Virus record (IMG/VR): IMGVR_UViG_3300025679_000005
Reading direction: 5' to 3' (one strand)
Source of the DNA: a virus
Taxonomy: Duplodnaviria > Caudoviricetes
Length of the DNA: 64,000 nt
A program made the translations under genes and the position numbers. Under the pieces are notes generated by a model. That model made no database searches. It saw only the letters and a program-made list of their open reading frames with translations, and had not been told where the DNA came from. Shown here piece by piece: positions 31,447-42,142 of this stretch (positions are counted from its first letter, which is position 1; each line of letters starts with the position of its first letter).

Positions 31447-32103
31447 ATGAGCATGAAGATGACCGAGCAGACCCCCAAGCCGCGGAACCAGGTATCCTCA
31501 GCCTTCGCTGTGCGTCCCGCCGACAACTTTGGCGAAAAAGGCTATTACATTCGCGGGGATGTCTTCTTCAAGATGCACGATGGAAAGACCGGAGAACTCC
31601 AATGGGAGTCGGAACTCCGGAATCTTGTGGTCATGGACGCCTCAATTCTCATCGCCCGGCTGATGAAGGACAACCAGGAGGTCCCCCATGGCGTGTTTGC
31701 CCTGGCTGTGGGCTCCGGAGACAGCGGTTGGAACGTGATGTCTCCTCCAGCTCCGACCAGCACCCAAAGGGCGTTGTATTCGGAAATAACGCGAAAGACT
31801 TTCTCGGACACTCAATTCGTGGATGGCAACGGTGTTCCAGTAGCCTACCCCACCAAAGTTGTCGACTTCACTACGAATTTCACAGAATCCGAAGCGGTCG
31901 GGCCATTGGTCGAAATGGGCCTCCTCGGCGGCAACGTCAGCACTAACCTCTCTGTCAGGGATCCGGTCACCCCTCCAAACGGAACCTACGATTCCACAGT
32001 CGACTTGACTCAATTTGACACTCTGGTCAACTATCTGACTTTTCCAGTAGTCAACAAACCAGCTACATCGACCTTTCAGATCGTGTGGAGGTTGAGTTTC
32101 TGA
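31447..32103 (+). CDS. Tail-collar fibre / DUF3751-like protein
   Basis: NLVV...ALAVGSGD...PAPTSTQRALYSEITRK...EAVGPLVEMGLLGG...FPVVNK...IVWRLSF pattern. GAGAGGA precedes the ATG. Confidence 0.75.
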   Translation: MSMKMTEQTPKPRNQVSSAFAVRPADNFGEKGYYIRGDVFFKMHDGKTGELQWESELRNLVVMDASILIARLMKDNQEVPHGVFALAVGSGDSGWNVMSPPAPTSTQRALYSEITRKTFSDTQFVDGNGVPVAYPTKVVDFTTNFTESEAVGPLVEMGLLGGNVSTNLSVRDPVTPPNGTYDSTVDLTQFDTLVNYLTFPVVNKPATSTFQIVWRLSF

Positions 32104-34712
32104 TGTCTGCCAAAAATTACGGTACAGGGACTTCTGGCTACTTGGATCCGGCAGAGCGCTCTTGGGAGACGACTGTCTACCAAGCTAGTAAGCCCATACT
32201 GGACAAAGAGCTGAACCTACTCCAGGACGCCGAGCAGGATGCCACTCGTAAGATCCTTCGCAGCACTTTTCCTTCGGGATGGGTCAGCGACGACTACTTG
32301 GCATCTTCAGCTTCGGCCCTGTTCGCAGGACTGACCAATACCTCAAACATCCTCCAGCTCAATTCTTTGGGGGCATACGTCAACGGGTGGTGGGTCAATG
32401 TCACGGATACGGGGAACAACACCGGTCTGAACGTTCTTAATCTGGGGACGGCCCCCTCAGGAGCGGGTGCTTCGAGGACGGATTTGGTTATCCTTGAAGT
32501 TTGGCGTCGGTTGATTCCGGCTTCGCCTTCGACTCTGGGCAAGAGCCCAGCAGGTCGTATTTGGAAGAACGGTAACGTCAAGATCGCGTCCTCGGACGAC
32601 ATGACCTTGAACTATGCCGATGACATCTTGGATGGAGCGGTTGGGTCTGAAACTACCAAGCGTGTCCAGATCCAGTATCGCCTTAGGGTCATTCATGGCG
32701 TGGATCTATTCACGTATCCTGCTGGGATCAGCGACCCTACAGTAGTGGCTATGTCAGTCCCTCCGAATGCGGCCACTCCTGACGGATCGTCTACGGTTTT
32801 CACTTACGTGAATCAATCCTCTGTAGGTGACCCAGGCCTTTGGTTAGCAGGAGACGGGGACCCCTCGAATACTTTGGGTACTGTCGATGGGCGAATGTTT
32901 GCATTGCCCTTGGCAGCTATCTTCCGTAGGAATTCCACGGCTTTTGCTAGGAACACCAATCAGAATGGTGGCATCGCCTTCGGTGGATCGTCGGATCGTC
33001 CGGACGGGTTGTTCTACGACATCATCAGTGCCCGGGATGTCTTGGATATGCGCTCGGGGTCTTCACCCACGGGCTGGGATCTCACAGAAGTCCTCCAGAA
33101 GAACGTGAACCTCCTGTTCGACAATGTGAACCAGACGGAGATTGGTTCGACGTTGTTCGGCGGTGGGATGAACGGCCACACGATCATTCAGGCGGATGAG
33201 ATCGGTGTCTCCAATGCCAACGGTGGCGACGGCGTCATCACAGGTGATACTCCTGGAGCCGACTTCATTGGTGAGTTCGACTCTGTTCGTCGAAGCTTCT
33301 CCGACAGGGGTATCTACGAGACGGTGGTACTCAAGTACCTACCTTCGGGTGGTTCGTGGGCTACCAATGAGGTCGTCACGATCAGTCCGTCGAATCTGCC
33401 CATCTGGCCGTACGCAAACACCAATTGGGCAGCCCACGCACCCTCTAACATCTCGTTCGTCGAGATCACAAGGGTTGCGTTTTTGGGTGAAGCCGGGGGC
33501 TCCAACAGCACGGACATCACCCACTCTGGGTGGTTCTCCTCAGGTTTGGGGACTACTCCACAGGGGGCAGTCACCGTACAGTTGACAGGGGCCGGCGCGG
33601 CTGCCGGTGGCTCGTCACCAATCTTCATTTGGATCACGGTAGCCTACCCTTCGGGGGTAGGCCTGTCCAAGACCCCGACAACCATCCTAGGGAATAATGG
33701 TACCGCTGGTACGGTACAAGGCGTGTATATCAACAATCCTGGGCAATTGCCCGCGACTACGCCTATATACTACAACGCTCTGACCACTCCAGTCTTCACT
33801 CAGGCCAATCGTGAAGTGCAGCTGACCTACCAGACGGTGGCTCACACTAGGAACTACTACTCCACTGGAGCAACAACAACACTGTTCATTCCAGAGCGTA
33901 TCGACAGCAGTCAGCCGGTGACCGTCACGATCAATTCGGTCCCTTATGGTGGATCCCAAGTAATCTCTGGAGACGGCTATTTCATCACGGTTGCGGGTGG
34001 GGCAGTCACAGGTGGTCAGACGATTGTGATCACTTACCAATCGATTCGCCCTATGCCTCAGAACAATGAACAATTGACGGTGTATTATGAGGCCAGAGTA
34101 CCTCAAACCGTTCGGGACGCTCTACTGGGCACTTCTCTCAGTGTCGTTCCCAGGAGTGTTGCTCAACACCTCTACGTTCTGACAGCAGGTAGCGGTACAG
34201 ACGGTCAGGCCTATCCGTTCCCATATCAGTACGTTCAGGCAGGTGGTGTATACCCCACGTCTGGCGGATCCTTTGCAGGGGACCATGAATTGGACGGTGA
34301 TCTTCGACTGTCGACGACAACTTTGACTGCGGATACAGGTTTCATGCAGCTTTCAGTGCAGGTTCCCGTAACCCCAGCCCCAGAGGCAGTAACTTTTGTG
34401 CGCTCCCCAGGAGCCAAGGATATCGAAGGGCGCACATTCTTCAATGCGTCAGGTACTCCGTACTACTTCACCGGCATTGCTCAGACTTTGAGCGATCCCA
34501 AGAAGCACAAGAATATCCTAGCCATGCTGTGTGAACTATCTGCCGACACCTTGTTAGGCCCCAAGGGTCAGTTGGTCCTAGTGCTACTTAGCCGTTGGGC
34601 CATTTTCGACGATTCGAACTCGGTGGGCTTCGTCACCAACCTCGCCAATAATTCCACAACTGCAAGTGTCTACAGGCTCAAGGGCAACCTGTTGAGCAAC
34701 AGGAGAAGCTAA
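32103..34712 (+). CDS. DUF4815-like baseplate/tail fibre-attachment protein, paralogue A
   Basis: ATG overlaps the upstream TGA (32103 preferred over 32085). N-terminal VYQASKPILDKELNLLQ. Clear similarity to 37202-41257. Confidence 0.65.
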   Translation: MSAKNYGTGTSGYLDPAERSWETTVYQASKPILDKELNLLQDAEQDATRKILRSTFPSGWVSDDYLASSASALFAGLTNTSNILQLNSLGAYVNGWWVNVTDTGNNTGLNVLNLGTAPSGAGASRTDLVILEVWRRLIPASPSTLGKSPAGRIWKNGNVKIASSDDMTLNYADDILDGAVGSETTKRVQIQYRLRVIHGVDLFTYPAGISDPTVVAMSVPPNAATPDGSSTVFTYVNQSSVGDPGLWLAGDGDPSNTLGTVDGRMFALPLAAIFRRNSTAFARNTNQNGGIAFGGSSDRPDGLFYDIISARDVLDMRSGSSPTGWDLTEVLQKNVNLLFDNVNQTEIGSTLFGGGMNGHTIIQADEIGVSNANGGDGVITGDTPGADFIGEFDSVRRSFSDRGIYETVVLKYLPSGGSWATNEVVTISPSNLPIWPYANTNWAAHAPSNISFVEITRVAFLGEAGGSNSTDITHSGWFSSGLGTTPQGAVTVQLTGAGAAAGGSSPIFIWITVAYPSGVGLSKTPTTILGNNGTAGTVQGVYINNPGQLPATTPIYYNALTTPVFTQANREVQLTYQTVAHTRNYYSTGATTTLFIPERIDSSQPVTVTINSVPYGGSQVISGDGYFITVAGGAVTGGQTIVITYQSIRPMPQNNEQLTVYYEARVPQTVRDALLGTSLSVVPRSVAQHLYVLTAGSGTDGQAYPFPYQYVQAGGVYPTSGGSFAGDHELDGDLRLSTTTLTADTGFMQLSVQVPVTPAPEAVTFVRSPGAKDIEGRTFFNASGTPYYFTGIAQTLSDPKKHKNILAMLCELSADTLLGPKGQLVLVLLSRWAIFDDSNSVGFVTNLANNSTTASVYRLKGNLLSNRRS

Positions 34713-36493
34713 TGCCATCACAATTTGATGCAAGCCAAGTTACCTCGGGACCTGGCAAAATTCACACGGATGTTGTCACGGCGGCTGCTGAGTTGTTTAC
34801 GTCTGGTGCTAGCGGTGGTGGTGGTGGCGTTACCCCAGATATTCTGGCACAGCTTCTGGCGGCTCCTAGCGTCACGGCCCCCATCGTGGCAAACGTCAGC
34901 ACAGGTGACGCTAGTTACACGATCGTAAATGGTACCTACGGCGTTTTCTGGACAGGAAGTAGTGGTAGCGAAAGCTTAAACGACCTCTTCAAGGTTGTGA
35001 ACTCTTCGGACGACACTGACGTGTTCAACCCGATCACGAACACCTATGTGAGCGTGGCGTCGCTGTCGATTGCAGTTGGAAGTGGGTTCTACAACAACCC
35101 CATCACATTGACTTTCAATACGTCAGTACCCGCTGGCGTCTCCTACAAGATATTCTTCAGCAAGCAGACGATTCTATCGGCTTTGCCCAAGGAATTGGCC
35201 AGCTTTCCTACGATTCGCAGGTCTGCTGAGAGAGTGCGTTTTCCAGAGAACATTCGTACGGGACTTGCCCCTACATCAGTGGCCAATCCTCTTGATATCG
35301 TGGCCAATCCCTATCCTGATCCATACATGGCTCAGTGGAAGTCCCTGCTCCGTGGGACGGCAGCGACGTATACGGCTCAGGCGTCTGGTTCGGCCGGTTT
35401 CGTCAACATAGGTCGCAAGAAGAACGTTCTTGATGCCAATGACGTGTCCTTCGCAGGACACCAGGCGTCCGCGTTCCTAGCGGTCTACGAGAAGGAGATC
35501 ACTTCAGGGACCTTGAATGGTCAGACGGTCTATACGAAGATCGACCCCTCGTTGGCGGCTACTGTGAACCCCACAGGTTCGGCTGATATGGTTCAGCTGA
35601 ATTCGGCAGACTACTTCCGTCTGACTAGTCCCAGCCACCTCACTGCCATTCGTTGTGGGGTGGACATGCTGGAAATCACCTTCGTCTCAGGGCTGAAGGA
35701 GGTCTTCATCATTGGGTCGCTGGATGCCACGGATGTGCATAGAGCGCGTCTTCTGACATTGGGTGGAGCTACGGCTAATTTCCCGACTACTCTCACCAAC
35801 GTCCACCTGAAATGGATTCGTACAGGGGCCTTCCTAGGTGGGGACAATGATGCGGGGACAGCTAACCCACACTACTACAAGGGCTTCAGTCATTTGGTTC
35901 AGGGTGCCATTACCACAAGTCCTGCGGCTGAACTAGCTCAAGAACCACCGTTCTTTTCGGCAGGTACTATAGACAATACCCGTGCGGATTTAAGCCGTGG
36001 CAACTGGAATATCAAGGCATTCACTTGGGGCGGTTATACCCAGACAGGCGCGGCCCCTGCGAACATAGGCCAACGTACTATCAATGGGGAACTCTGGGGG
36101 GATGGCTCGATCATAACCTTCGGTGGGCGAAACATTGGTCTCAAGAACAACCGAAGTGTCTTAAGTGTCATAAACAGCAACACTACTACGACATGGGACC
36201 CAACGGCCAACAGCATGATTGGGAACATTTTCGTTGGCACTACCTCCTGTGTTTGGACGATCGTAATGGCAGGATCTTACGTGCCATTCGAAGGCGACGA
36301 GATCACGGTAACAATCAATTACGGCGGCACTATAGGCTCGGACAGCGAACTCAGTACAGTGGCTTGGCCCAGTAACTTCCTTTTCTCTGGTTTTGATGCG
36401 AACACCCCTTCCCCTACGGGCACTACCTTGAAGTTTAACGGCACTTACTTCAATAGTAAATTCCTCATGACACGTACCGACTACCAACCCTAA
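34712..36493 (+). CDS. Hypothetical virion/tail fibre protein (593 aa)
   Basis: TAATG coupling. Thr/Ser/Gly-rich with a C-terminal VAWPSNFLFSG...P.PT motif like those at fibre tips. Confidence 0.65.
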   Translation: MPSQFDASQVTSGPGKIHTDVVTAAAELFTSGASGGGGGVTPDILAQLLAAPSVTAPIVANVSTGDASYTIVNGTYGVFWTGSSGSESLNDLFKVVNSSDDTDVFNPITNTYVSVASLSIAVGSGFYNNPITLTFNTSVPAGVSYKIFFSKQTILSALPKELASFPTIRRSAERVRFPENIRTGLAPTSVANPLDIVANPYPDPYMAQWKSLLRGTAATYTAQASGSAGFVNIGRKKNVLDANDVSFAGHQASAFLAVYEKEITSGTLNGQTVYTKIDPSLAATVNPTGSADMVQLNSADYFRLTSPSHLTAIRCGVDMLEITFVSGLKEVFIIGSLDATDVHRARLLTLGGATANFPTTLTNVHLKWIRTGAFLGGDNDAGTANPHYYKGFSHLVQGAITTSPAAELAQEPPFFSAGTIDNTRADLSRGNWNIKAFTWGGYTQTGAAPANIGQRTINGELWGDGSIITFGGRNIGLKNNRSVLSVINSNTTTTWDPTANSMIGNIFVGTTSCVWTIVMAGSYVPFEGDEITVTINYGGTIGSDSELSTVAWPSNFLFSGFDANTPSPTGTTLKFNGTYFNSKFLMTRTDYQP

Positions 36494-36507
36494 AGTGGGA
36501 GATATAG

Positions 36508-37152
36508 ATGGGAACTCTTTACCTGATTGACGGACACAATCCGACCCTCGCATCCTCTGCGATCAAGGACACCTATATCCTAACTAGCGGTTCCCGCGAA
36601 CTTAGAGGTAGTTTCCCCGTGAATCTTCCATTCGACGTGCCTTTGGAAGGCCCCACCCCTACGATTGTGAGCGGCTTGGTGACCCAGAAGTATGCGGGCC
36701 TTTTAAGCATGTACCCCGGGTACAGCCACATCCTCTATGATGAGCAGTTGGACGGCACGGGGTGGGACATGACCGCGATTGCAACCAATGGCACGGCCTG
36801 TACCGTTGGTTCTAGAAAAACCACCAAATTGATCAATGCTGGTAGCCTACCCATGCATTCTCTGGCCACGACCTTGGCCACGACCCCCACGAATTACATA
36901 CTTCGGTATGAGCTGTACAAGTACCAGGACAACGACACTGTAGGCGGCCCGTACCAGCGTTTATACTCAGAAACCACGGACATCGCGGCTCAGGTCACGG
37001 TCTATGCGTCCTTCAACGGCAACTTCCAGCTCGCGACCAACGGGGTAGCAGCGGCCATTGCTAGCTTAGACCAAGGCAATAGCTTCCAGCTTCGCTTCCA
37101 AAAGACCTCGACGAATCCGGTTTGGATAGGCTCCTGGGCTTTGATTTATTGA
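36508..37152 (+). CDS. Hypothetical virion protein (214 aa)
   Basis: GGGAG precedes the ATG. Located in the fibre block. Confidence 0.65.
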   Translation: MGTLYLIDGHNPTLASSAIKDTYILTSGSRELRGSFPVNLPFDVPLEGPTPTIVSGLVTQKYAGLLSMYPGYSHILYDEQLDGTGWDMTAIATNGTACTVGSRKTTKLINAGSLPMHSLATTLATTPTNYILRYELYKYQDNDTVGGPYQRLYSETTDIAAQVTVYASFNGNFQLATNGVAAAIASLDQGNSFQLRFQKTSTNPVWIGSWALIY

Positions 37153-37201
37153 TTGACGATTACAAGCAAGGGGTCTCCCCTGTAGCTCAAAATGTGGAGA
37201 A

Positions 37202-40200
37202 GTGATGACTGATAATTTCGGGCCGAATGTTTCACGAGTTCTGAGCCCCGCGCAAGCCTCCTACAAGACTGTAGTGTTCCAGGCGGGGCGGCCTCCATTG
37301 GACAGCGAGATGTCCTTTGCGCAGCAGATTGCGGCAGAATGGGACCGTTTACACGTTCTGACTGGGACTCCGTCGGGCTGGCTCGATGATGCCATCAATC
37401 CTCAAGATTCGTATGTCACCAGCGTCAACTACTCCAACTGGTTCCAGTACGGCGACCAACAGGCTGGGGAACGCCAGTCCATCATGTGGGCTGTGGTCAA
37501 CGGTTGGATAGTGCCAGTCACGGGAACCCTGACAGGTGCTCCCCCGGGCTCTCCCAACGACTCGGACACTTGGAACCGAATTACCTTGCCCCCGCCCCCC
37601 GCCAACACAGGGGATGCTCGTATCGATTTCGCCTTTCTTGAGGTTTGGCAGGCTCGTGTGGCTCCGAATCCGTCGACCACGAACAAGCCCGCTTCCTCGG
37701 CCGTCTACCGGTACGGTAACGTCGAAGGTGGCGCTAGCTTCATTGCAGATGACATGCAGGACCCTCAAATAGGGTTTGAGACAAGCCAGCGGATTCAGCT
37801 CCAATATCGTATCCGCATAGCTTCGGGCTTAGTTGGTTTGGCCAGCTACCCAGACGGCTTCGACCCCTCAGTGGTCAAGGGTCAGGGCACAGCAACAACG
37901 CCTTCGAGCTACGTGTTCACGAATATGCGTACCGAGCTGGGCGACCCCGGTCTCTGGCGTGCTGGCGACGGCACCCAAAACTCTTTGGGGACTGTCGACG
38001 GGTATACCTATGCAATCCCTATTTGCGGCGTCTTCCGCCGTAACAGTGTGGGTTGGGCGGGGGACCCTAGCCAGAACCTCAACGGCGCCTTCAACCGTAA
38101 TCCACTGGCCGTGGACCGAACGGGATACAAGACTTTCGCACTGGCCCCGACGATTGTAGGCGGGATCACAGCTACCTCTACGAGCCTGACCCTTTCATCA
38201 GTCGTTAACCTCTCGATACCTCTGACTCCCGTGACCCCAGTTGCGATTCAGATTGGCGATGAGATCCTGTACTACTCAGTGATCACAGGCACGACTATGA
38301 CGCTCAGCGCTCGTGGCGCTTTCGGCTCCAAGGCTGAAGCCCACAAGACGGGTTCTACCATTAAGACCGTATCCGGTCGTCCGGACGGCCTATTTGCAGA
38401 CCAGGTTGCAAAGACGGACATTTTGGATCTCCGCCATGTCGTGAGTCCAAACGGCTTCGACTACGCAGCCCTTCTCAAGGGCAACCTCGACAAGCTCCTC
38501 CGGGGTCAGCTGCACTCGACTTGGAAGCGCTCCGGTGGCGGACCACAGGGCACCTTCGTGGCTTATCAGGACAAGGTGTCGGCTACGCCGGGTGCTCTGG
38601 GTGTCACCAAGCTCGATGCTCCGGACGGTATCCGGCAAATATTTGCAGAGCCCGCGTCTTTGCAGCCGGTCATCATCCCAATTTCGTCCCCTGCTTCAAC
38701 TAGTACATCCCCTCAAGCAATTGGCGGGACCCTGGGTGCGGCTTTCAACACTGGAGTCACAGCCATCCACCCTGCGGGCACAGGGTTCCAGCCTGGGGAT
38801 ATTATTACGATTTCACGGAGCCTATTCCTGAATTCGTTACCAGGCAGCGATTCGGATCAACTGCACCTACTGGCCGACAACACCTATTTCTCAATACGCT
38901 TCATGGGTGAGACAACAGATTGCTCGAACACGACATATTCGCTATCCAACGACGGATCGGGGAACCTACTCATCACGTTTGGAGGCGGCTTCACGGTTCG
39001 CAATCTAGGAGCTTTCATCACCTTGTATGTGCAGTATGGTGCCGGACGTGGCATGAGCCGAAAACCCGACGCCATCCACAGCGTGGCTTACCTCTCTGCT
39101 TCACCCAACATCTTGGTACAGCAGCAGGGGCTACCAGCTGGCAATCAGCCAATTCGTACAACATGGGCCGCCCTATGGTCTAAGTTCCAAGCTGGACCGT
39201 TCAACGGGCATCTTGCGTCGACTGCTGAGGCCTACGCGGATCCAGGCAGCAAGAGTGTTATCTTGACGCCGTTCCGTCGGCACACCTTCAGTGGGCCGAA
39301 TTTCAAGAGCACCCAGAAGTACGTGAATACCGGCAACCCCTCAGATGCCCAGTTCGGCGCTATGCCTGCTTATACTCCAGGGGGTTCTCCAAAGTGGACG
39401 ACAACGGACCCTCTAGGCGTGTTCTCTGGATACTCTGACCCGACGACAGCTAGGGCCAACATGTGCGTGATCCTACCCAGGCGCCTCATGCCAGGTTACG
39501 GTGAAGTCCGTGTTCCAATCTTGTACTCAGACTCGGGGAACTTCGCTGAAGGTATCAACTTCGCTTTCAGCGCTCCCAAGGGAGGCACTCCAGGTAATGA
39601 CTATACGAACTTTGTGCCTCCTACGGACGGCAGCGGCGCAGCAACCTACGGTGTGTTCTCGACGCTGAACCTCACCAACAGCACACCAGTCGCCTACAAT
39701 ACGGCGTACACAGACGGCCTCCTCATCGCTGGCATGAGGTTTTTCACAGATACACGGGGCTTGAACCGCCAGGGTCTAGAACTACCGCCATTCTACGGGA
39801 TTGCTCGCCTATTCGCTGTATACGAGGCTCAGGACTACAAGGCGCACGGCAGTGCTTACAACCCCACTACTCGCGCTTTCGTGGGTACGGGCGCAACAAA
39901 CCTACTTCGCCAGAACTTCTCTGGTCCGACCTTCTGGATTGAGTCCGATGTAGACGGCGACCCTACGTTCATCCTGAACGCAGACGCTATCGATATCACG
40001 AAGTCCCCGAATGCGATCTCCGCGTTCAACTCGGCCCATTATGTGATCGAGTCCTCGATCTTCGGCTGTGACCGTGGGGCGTTCGACTTGTCCCAGGATT
40101 GCCGCATTGTCCTCAGTCGTACTCGCAATGAGGGTACGACTGCTGGAGTCACAATGGCTACGAACCCCTCGTTCGTACTGCCGGGTGCTCCGGAAATCGG

Positions 40201-41257
40201 CGACGAAATAGCAATCAACTATAGCCGCACTCCTTACCAGGGTGATGCTTGGGGCTCTCAGCAAGCACAGTCTGACATAGGGTACAAGCCTGGCCCGTTG
40301 GCAACTTCTGTTCGATACCAGCTATTGAACTCGGTATTAGACCAGGCCAACCTGACTCGCCCCAATCAGAAAACCCTTGAAGTCTTGGCGGGAGTCCACT
40401 TCGTCACGACCTTGGGTACAGGGCGTTTCTCTGGTTCTGTCCCGACCTCCAATGACGACTTCAGGAACGTAGGCTTCGAAAGCTGGCTACCTCTGCCGAC
40501 AACTCCAGTGGATGCGCGACCAACGATTCAGCCCACGGCCTTGAATGCTCTAGAGCGTGTCATGACCTTGGGTACGGAGTACTTGGGGTGCATTGAGCGC
40601 CTGCCTTTGGGAGCCCTCTTCCGGGACAAGGACTTCCGAGGCAACTACGTCAGTGGTCTGACCCTCACCCAAAATGGGGTCAATGGCCCACTTTCGATGG
40701 GTTATGGGGCTCCAGGTCTGATGGGTGCAAGCATTGCTCCAGACAATAACCTGGAATACACGGTGATCCCAGCCCATACAGCCTCTATCTCTTCCGGCAG
40801 CGCTGGAGAAATAGTGGTGCATGTTGACGGCGACGCCGGTAACTACAATGTAGTCACCAACTTCCGAACCAATCGTGGTGGCTCCGCTTTCACTGCCTCT
40901 GGCTTTGCTGGTGGAGATATCGGCGGCATCCTTCCAGGTTCGTCAGGGAATACCACCTCGGGTGGCATCCTCTCTGGTATTGCGATGTTGGTTCGTAACG
41001 TACCGACCAGCATCGGGTCTACCGAAGTCAGTGCAGGTCAGGAACTGATGCTTCTGATCGCTACCACGGCTAGGGCTCAGAATAGTGGCGCTAATCTCAA
41101 CACTGTTCAGGTGAGCACTTCCGGCACTGGCGAGGGTTACAGTGCCGTCGACCTGTACCGTATTAGTGGTCACCCAATCACCAATGACTCCAGTCGTGAG
41201 ATTGTCGATCCGACGATTATCAAACTGGCTCGCCCCTCCGACATTTTGAGCGTTTAA
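37202..41257 (+). CDS. DUF4815-like baseplate/tail fibre-attachment protein, paralogue B (1351 aa)
   Basis: N-terminal YKTVVFQAGRPPLDSEM resembles the YxxVLFxPGRPLQAREL start of DUF4815-type proteins. Shares multiple blocks with 32103-34712. Confidence 0.7.
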   Translation: MMTDNFGPNVSRVLSPAQASYKTVVFQAGRPPLDSEMSFAQQIAAEWDRLHVLTGTPSGWLDDAINPQDSYVTSVNYSNWFQYGDQQAGERQSIMWAVVNGWIVPVTGTLTGAPPGSPNDSDTWNRITLPPPPANTGDARIDFAFLEVWQARVAPNPSTTNKPASSAVYRYGNVEGGASFIADDMQDPQIGFETSQRIQLQYRIRIASGLVGLASYPDGFDPSVVKGQGTATTPSSYVFTNMRTELGDPGLWRAGDGTQNSLGTVDGYTYAIPICGVFRRNSVGWAGDPSQNLNGAFNRNPLAVDRTGYKTFALAPTIVGGITATSTSLTLSSVVNLSIPLTPVTPVAIQIGDEILYYSVITGTTMTLSARGAFGSKAEAHKTGSTIKTVSGRPDGLFADQVAKTDILDLRHVVSPNGFDYAALLKGNLDKLLRGQLHSTWKRSGGGPQGTFVAYQDKVSATPGALGVTKLDAPDGIRQIFAEPASLQPVIIPISSPASTSTSPQAIGGTLGAAFNTGVTAIHPAGTGFQPGDIITISRSLFLNSLPGSDSDQLHLLADNTYFSIRFMGETTDCSNTTYSLSNDGSGNLLITFGGGFTVRNLGAFITLYVQYGAGRGMSRKPDAIHSVAYLSASPNILVQQQGLPAGNQPIRTTWAALWSKFQAGPFNGHLASTAEAYADPGSKSVILTPFRRHTFSGPNFKSTQKYVNTGNPSDAQFGAMPAYTPGGSPKWTTTDPLGVFSGYSDPTTARANMCVILPRRLMPGYGEVRVPILYSDSGNFAEGINFAFSAPKGGTPGNDYTNFVPPTDGSGAATYGVFSTLNLTNSTPVAYNTAYTDGLLIAGMRFFTDTRGLNRQGLELPPFYGIARLFAVYEAQDYKAHGSAYNPTTRAFVGTGATNLLRQNFSGPTFWIESDVDGDPTFILNADAIDITKSPNAISAFNSAHYVIESSIFGCDRGAFDLSQDCRIVLSRTRNEGTTAGVTMATNPSFVLPGAPEIGDEIAINYSRTPYQGDAWGSQQAQSDIGYKPGPLATSVRYQLLNSVLDQANLTRPNQKTLEVLAGVHFVTTLGTGRFSGSVPTSNDDFRNVGFESWLPLPTTPVDARPTIQPTALNALERVMTLGTEYLGCIERLPLGALFRDKDFRGNYVSGLTLTQNGVNGPLSMGYGAPGLMGASIAPDNNLEYTVIPAHTASISSGSAGEIVVHVDGDAGNYNVVTNFRTNRGGSAFTASGFAGGDIGGILPGSSGNTTSGGILSGIAMLVRNVPTSIGSTEVSAGQELMLLIATTARAQNSGANLNTVQVSTSGTGEGYSAVDLYRISGHPITNDSSREIVDPTIIKLARPSDILSV

Positions 41258-41259
41258 TC

Positions 41260-41457
41260 ATGGCCATTGAGAGTATGACCTATCTTGATATTCCGGTGGC
41301 CGCTCGCCAAGCGAACGCGGCCAAGGCCATCAACCGACTTGTGGAGCGCATGAACGAGGTCGGGGTGTCGGCTGAGCAGCGTGAGCTGATGGCTGCCCAA
41401 GTCAAGCGCATCGAACAATGGATGCAGGGGACACTCCCTGCTCCTGAAGGGATTTGA
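41260..41457 (+). CDS. Small helical hypothetical protein (65 aa)
   Basis: Tightly packed between flanking genes (2-3 nt gaps). Confidence 0.6.
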   Translation: MAIESMTYLDIPVAARQANAAKAINRLVERMNEVGVSAEQRELMAAQVKRIEQWMQGTLPAPEGI

Positions 41458-41460
41458 GTC

Positions 41461-42138
41461 ATGGACCAAGCAGTACTAGCGTTTCTGACCAAAGGGACCT
41501 TCGTCCTTGCGGTTCTTGTCGTTGTCATCAACTTCTTCATTCGGCGGACTGTCCAGCTGATTCGTCCAGACTTTAAGCCTCTTGGCGGGGCCATGGACAA
41601 GAAGGCCATGTACGCAGATACTGCAGCGATGTGGTGGAACGAGATCGGCCTCTACGCTTTGCCTGTGGTCATTGGTGCGAACTTGGGTTTGGTCAAAGGC
41701 CTGGGATTCTTGTTCGATCCTTCGATCAAGACAGTGTCCGGTCACGTGTTTTATGCGGCAGTCGTGGGTTGGTTCGCGGACTTCTTGTACGAAGTGATTC
41801 AGAAGATCCTGTACAAGAGCACGGGTGTAACTTTGCCCAGTGCCAATGATTTGGGATCAGCCTCCTCCGAGGTTGTGGTCGTTCACGAAGAGCGCAAGGA
41901 ACACCACGAGGATGCCCCCACAACGACTGTCGCAACCACGACTACGACAGTGACGGTGAAGACTCCTGAGCCGGTCCCAGAGGCGGAGCCTGCCACTATT
42001 CCAGTTCCTGCTGCGGTTCCAGCAGCCCCTGTAGAAGTCGTAGCTACAGTAGTTCCTGTTGCTGCTCCAGCTGAAGTTCCGCCGGGCCCAGCTCCTACTG
42101 CATTAGGCGGTGGCGAAGAGCCTCCGAAGAGTGGTTGA
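41461..42138 (+). CDS. Putative holin-like membrane protein (about 3 TM segments) with Pro/Ala/Val-rich tail
   Basis: Hydrophobic stretches FVLAVLVVVINFFI, IGLYALPVVIGANLGLV and VFYAAVVGWFADFLY. Position at the end of the tail block. Confidence 0.6.
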   Translation: MDQAVLAFLTKGTFVLAVLVVVINFFIRRTVQLIRPDFKPLGGAMDKKAMYADTAAMWWNEIGLYALPVVIGANLGLVKGLGFLFDPSIKTVSGHVFYAAVVGWFADFLYEVIQKILYKSTGVTLPSANDLGSASSEVVVVHEERKEHHEDAPTTTVATTTTTVTVKTPEPVPEAEPATIPVPAAVPAAPVEVVATVVPVAAPAEVPPGPAPTALGGGEEPPKSG

Positions 42139-42142
42139 TCCC

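Noticed and set aside
1-41257. Bacterial extracellular contractile injection system or T6SS locus
   Set aside because: The tail block is contiguous with phage-type replication genes, inteins and homing endonucleases, and no host housekeeping genes are present.
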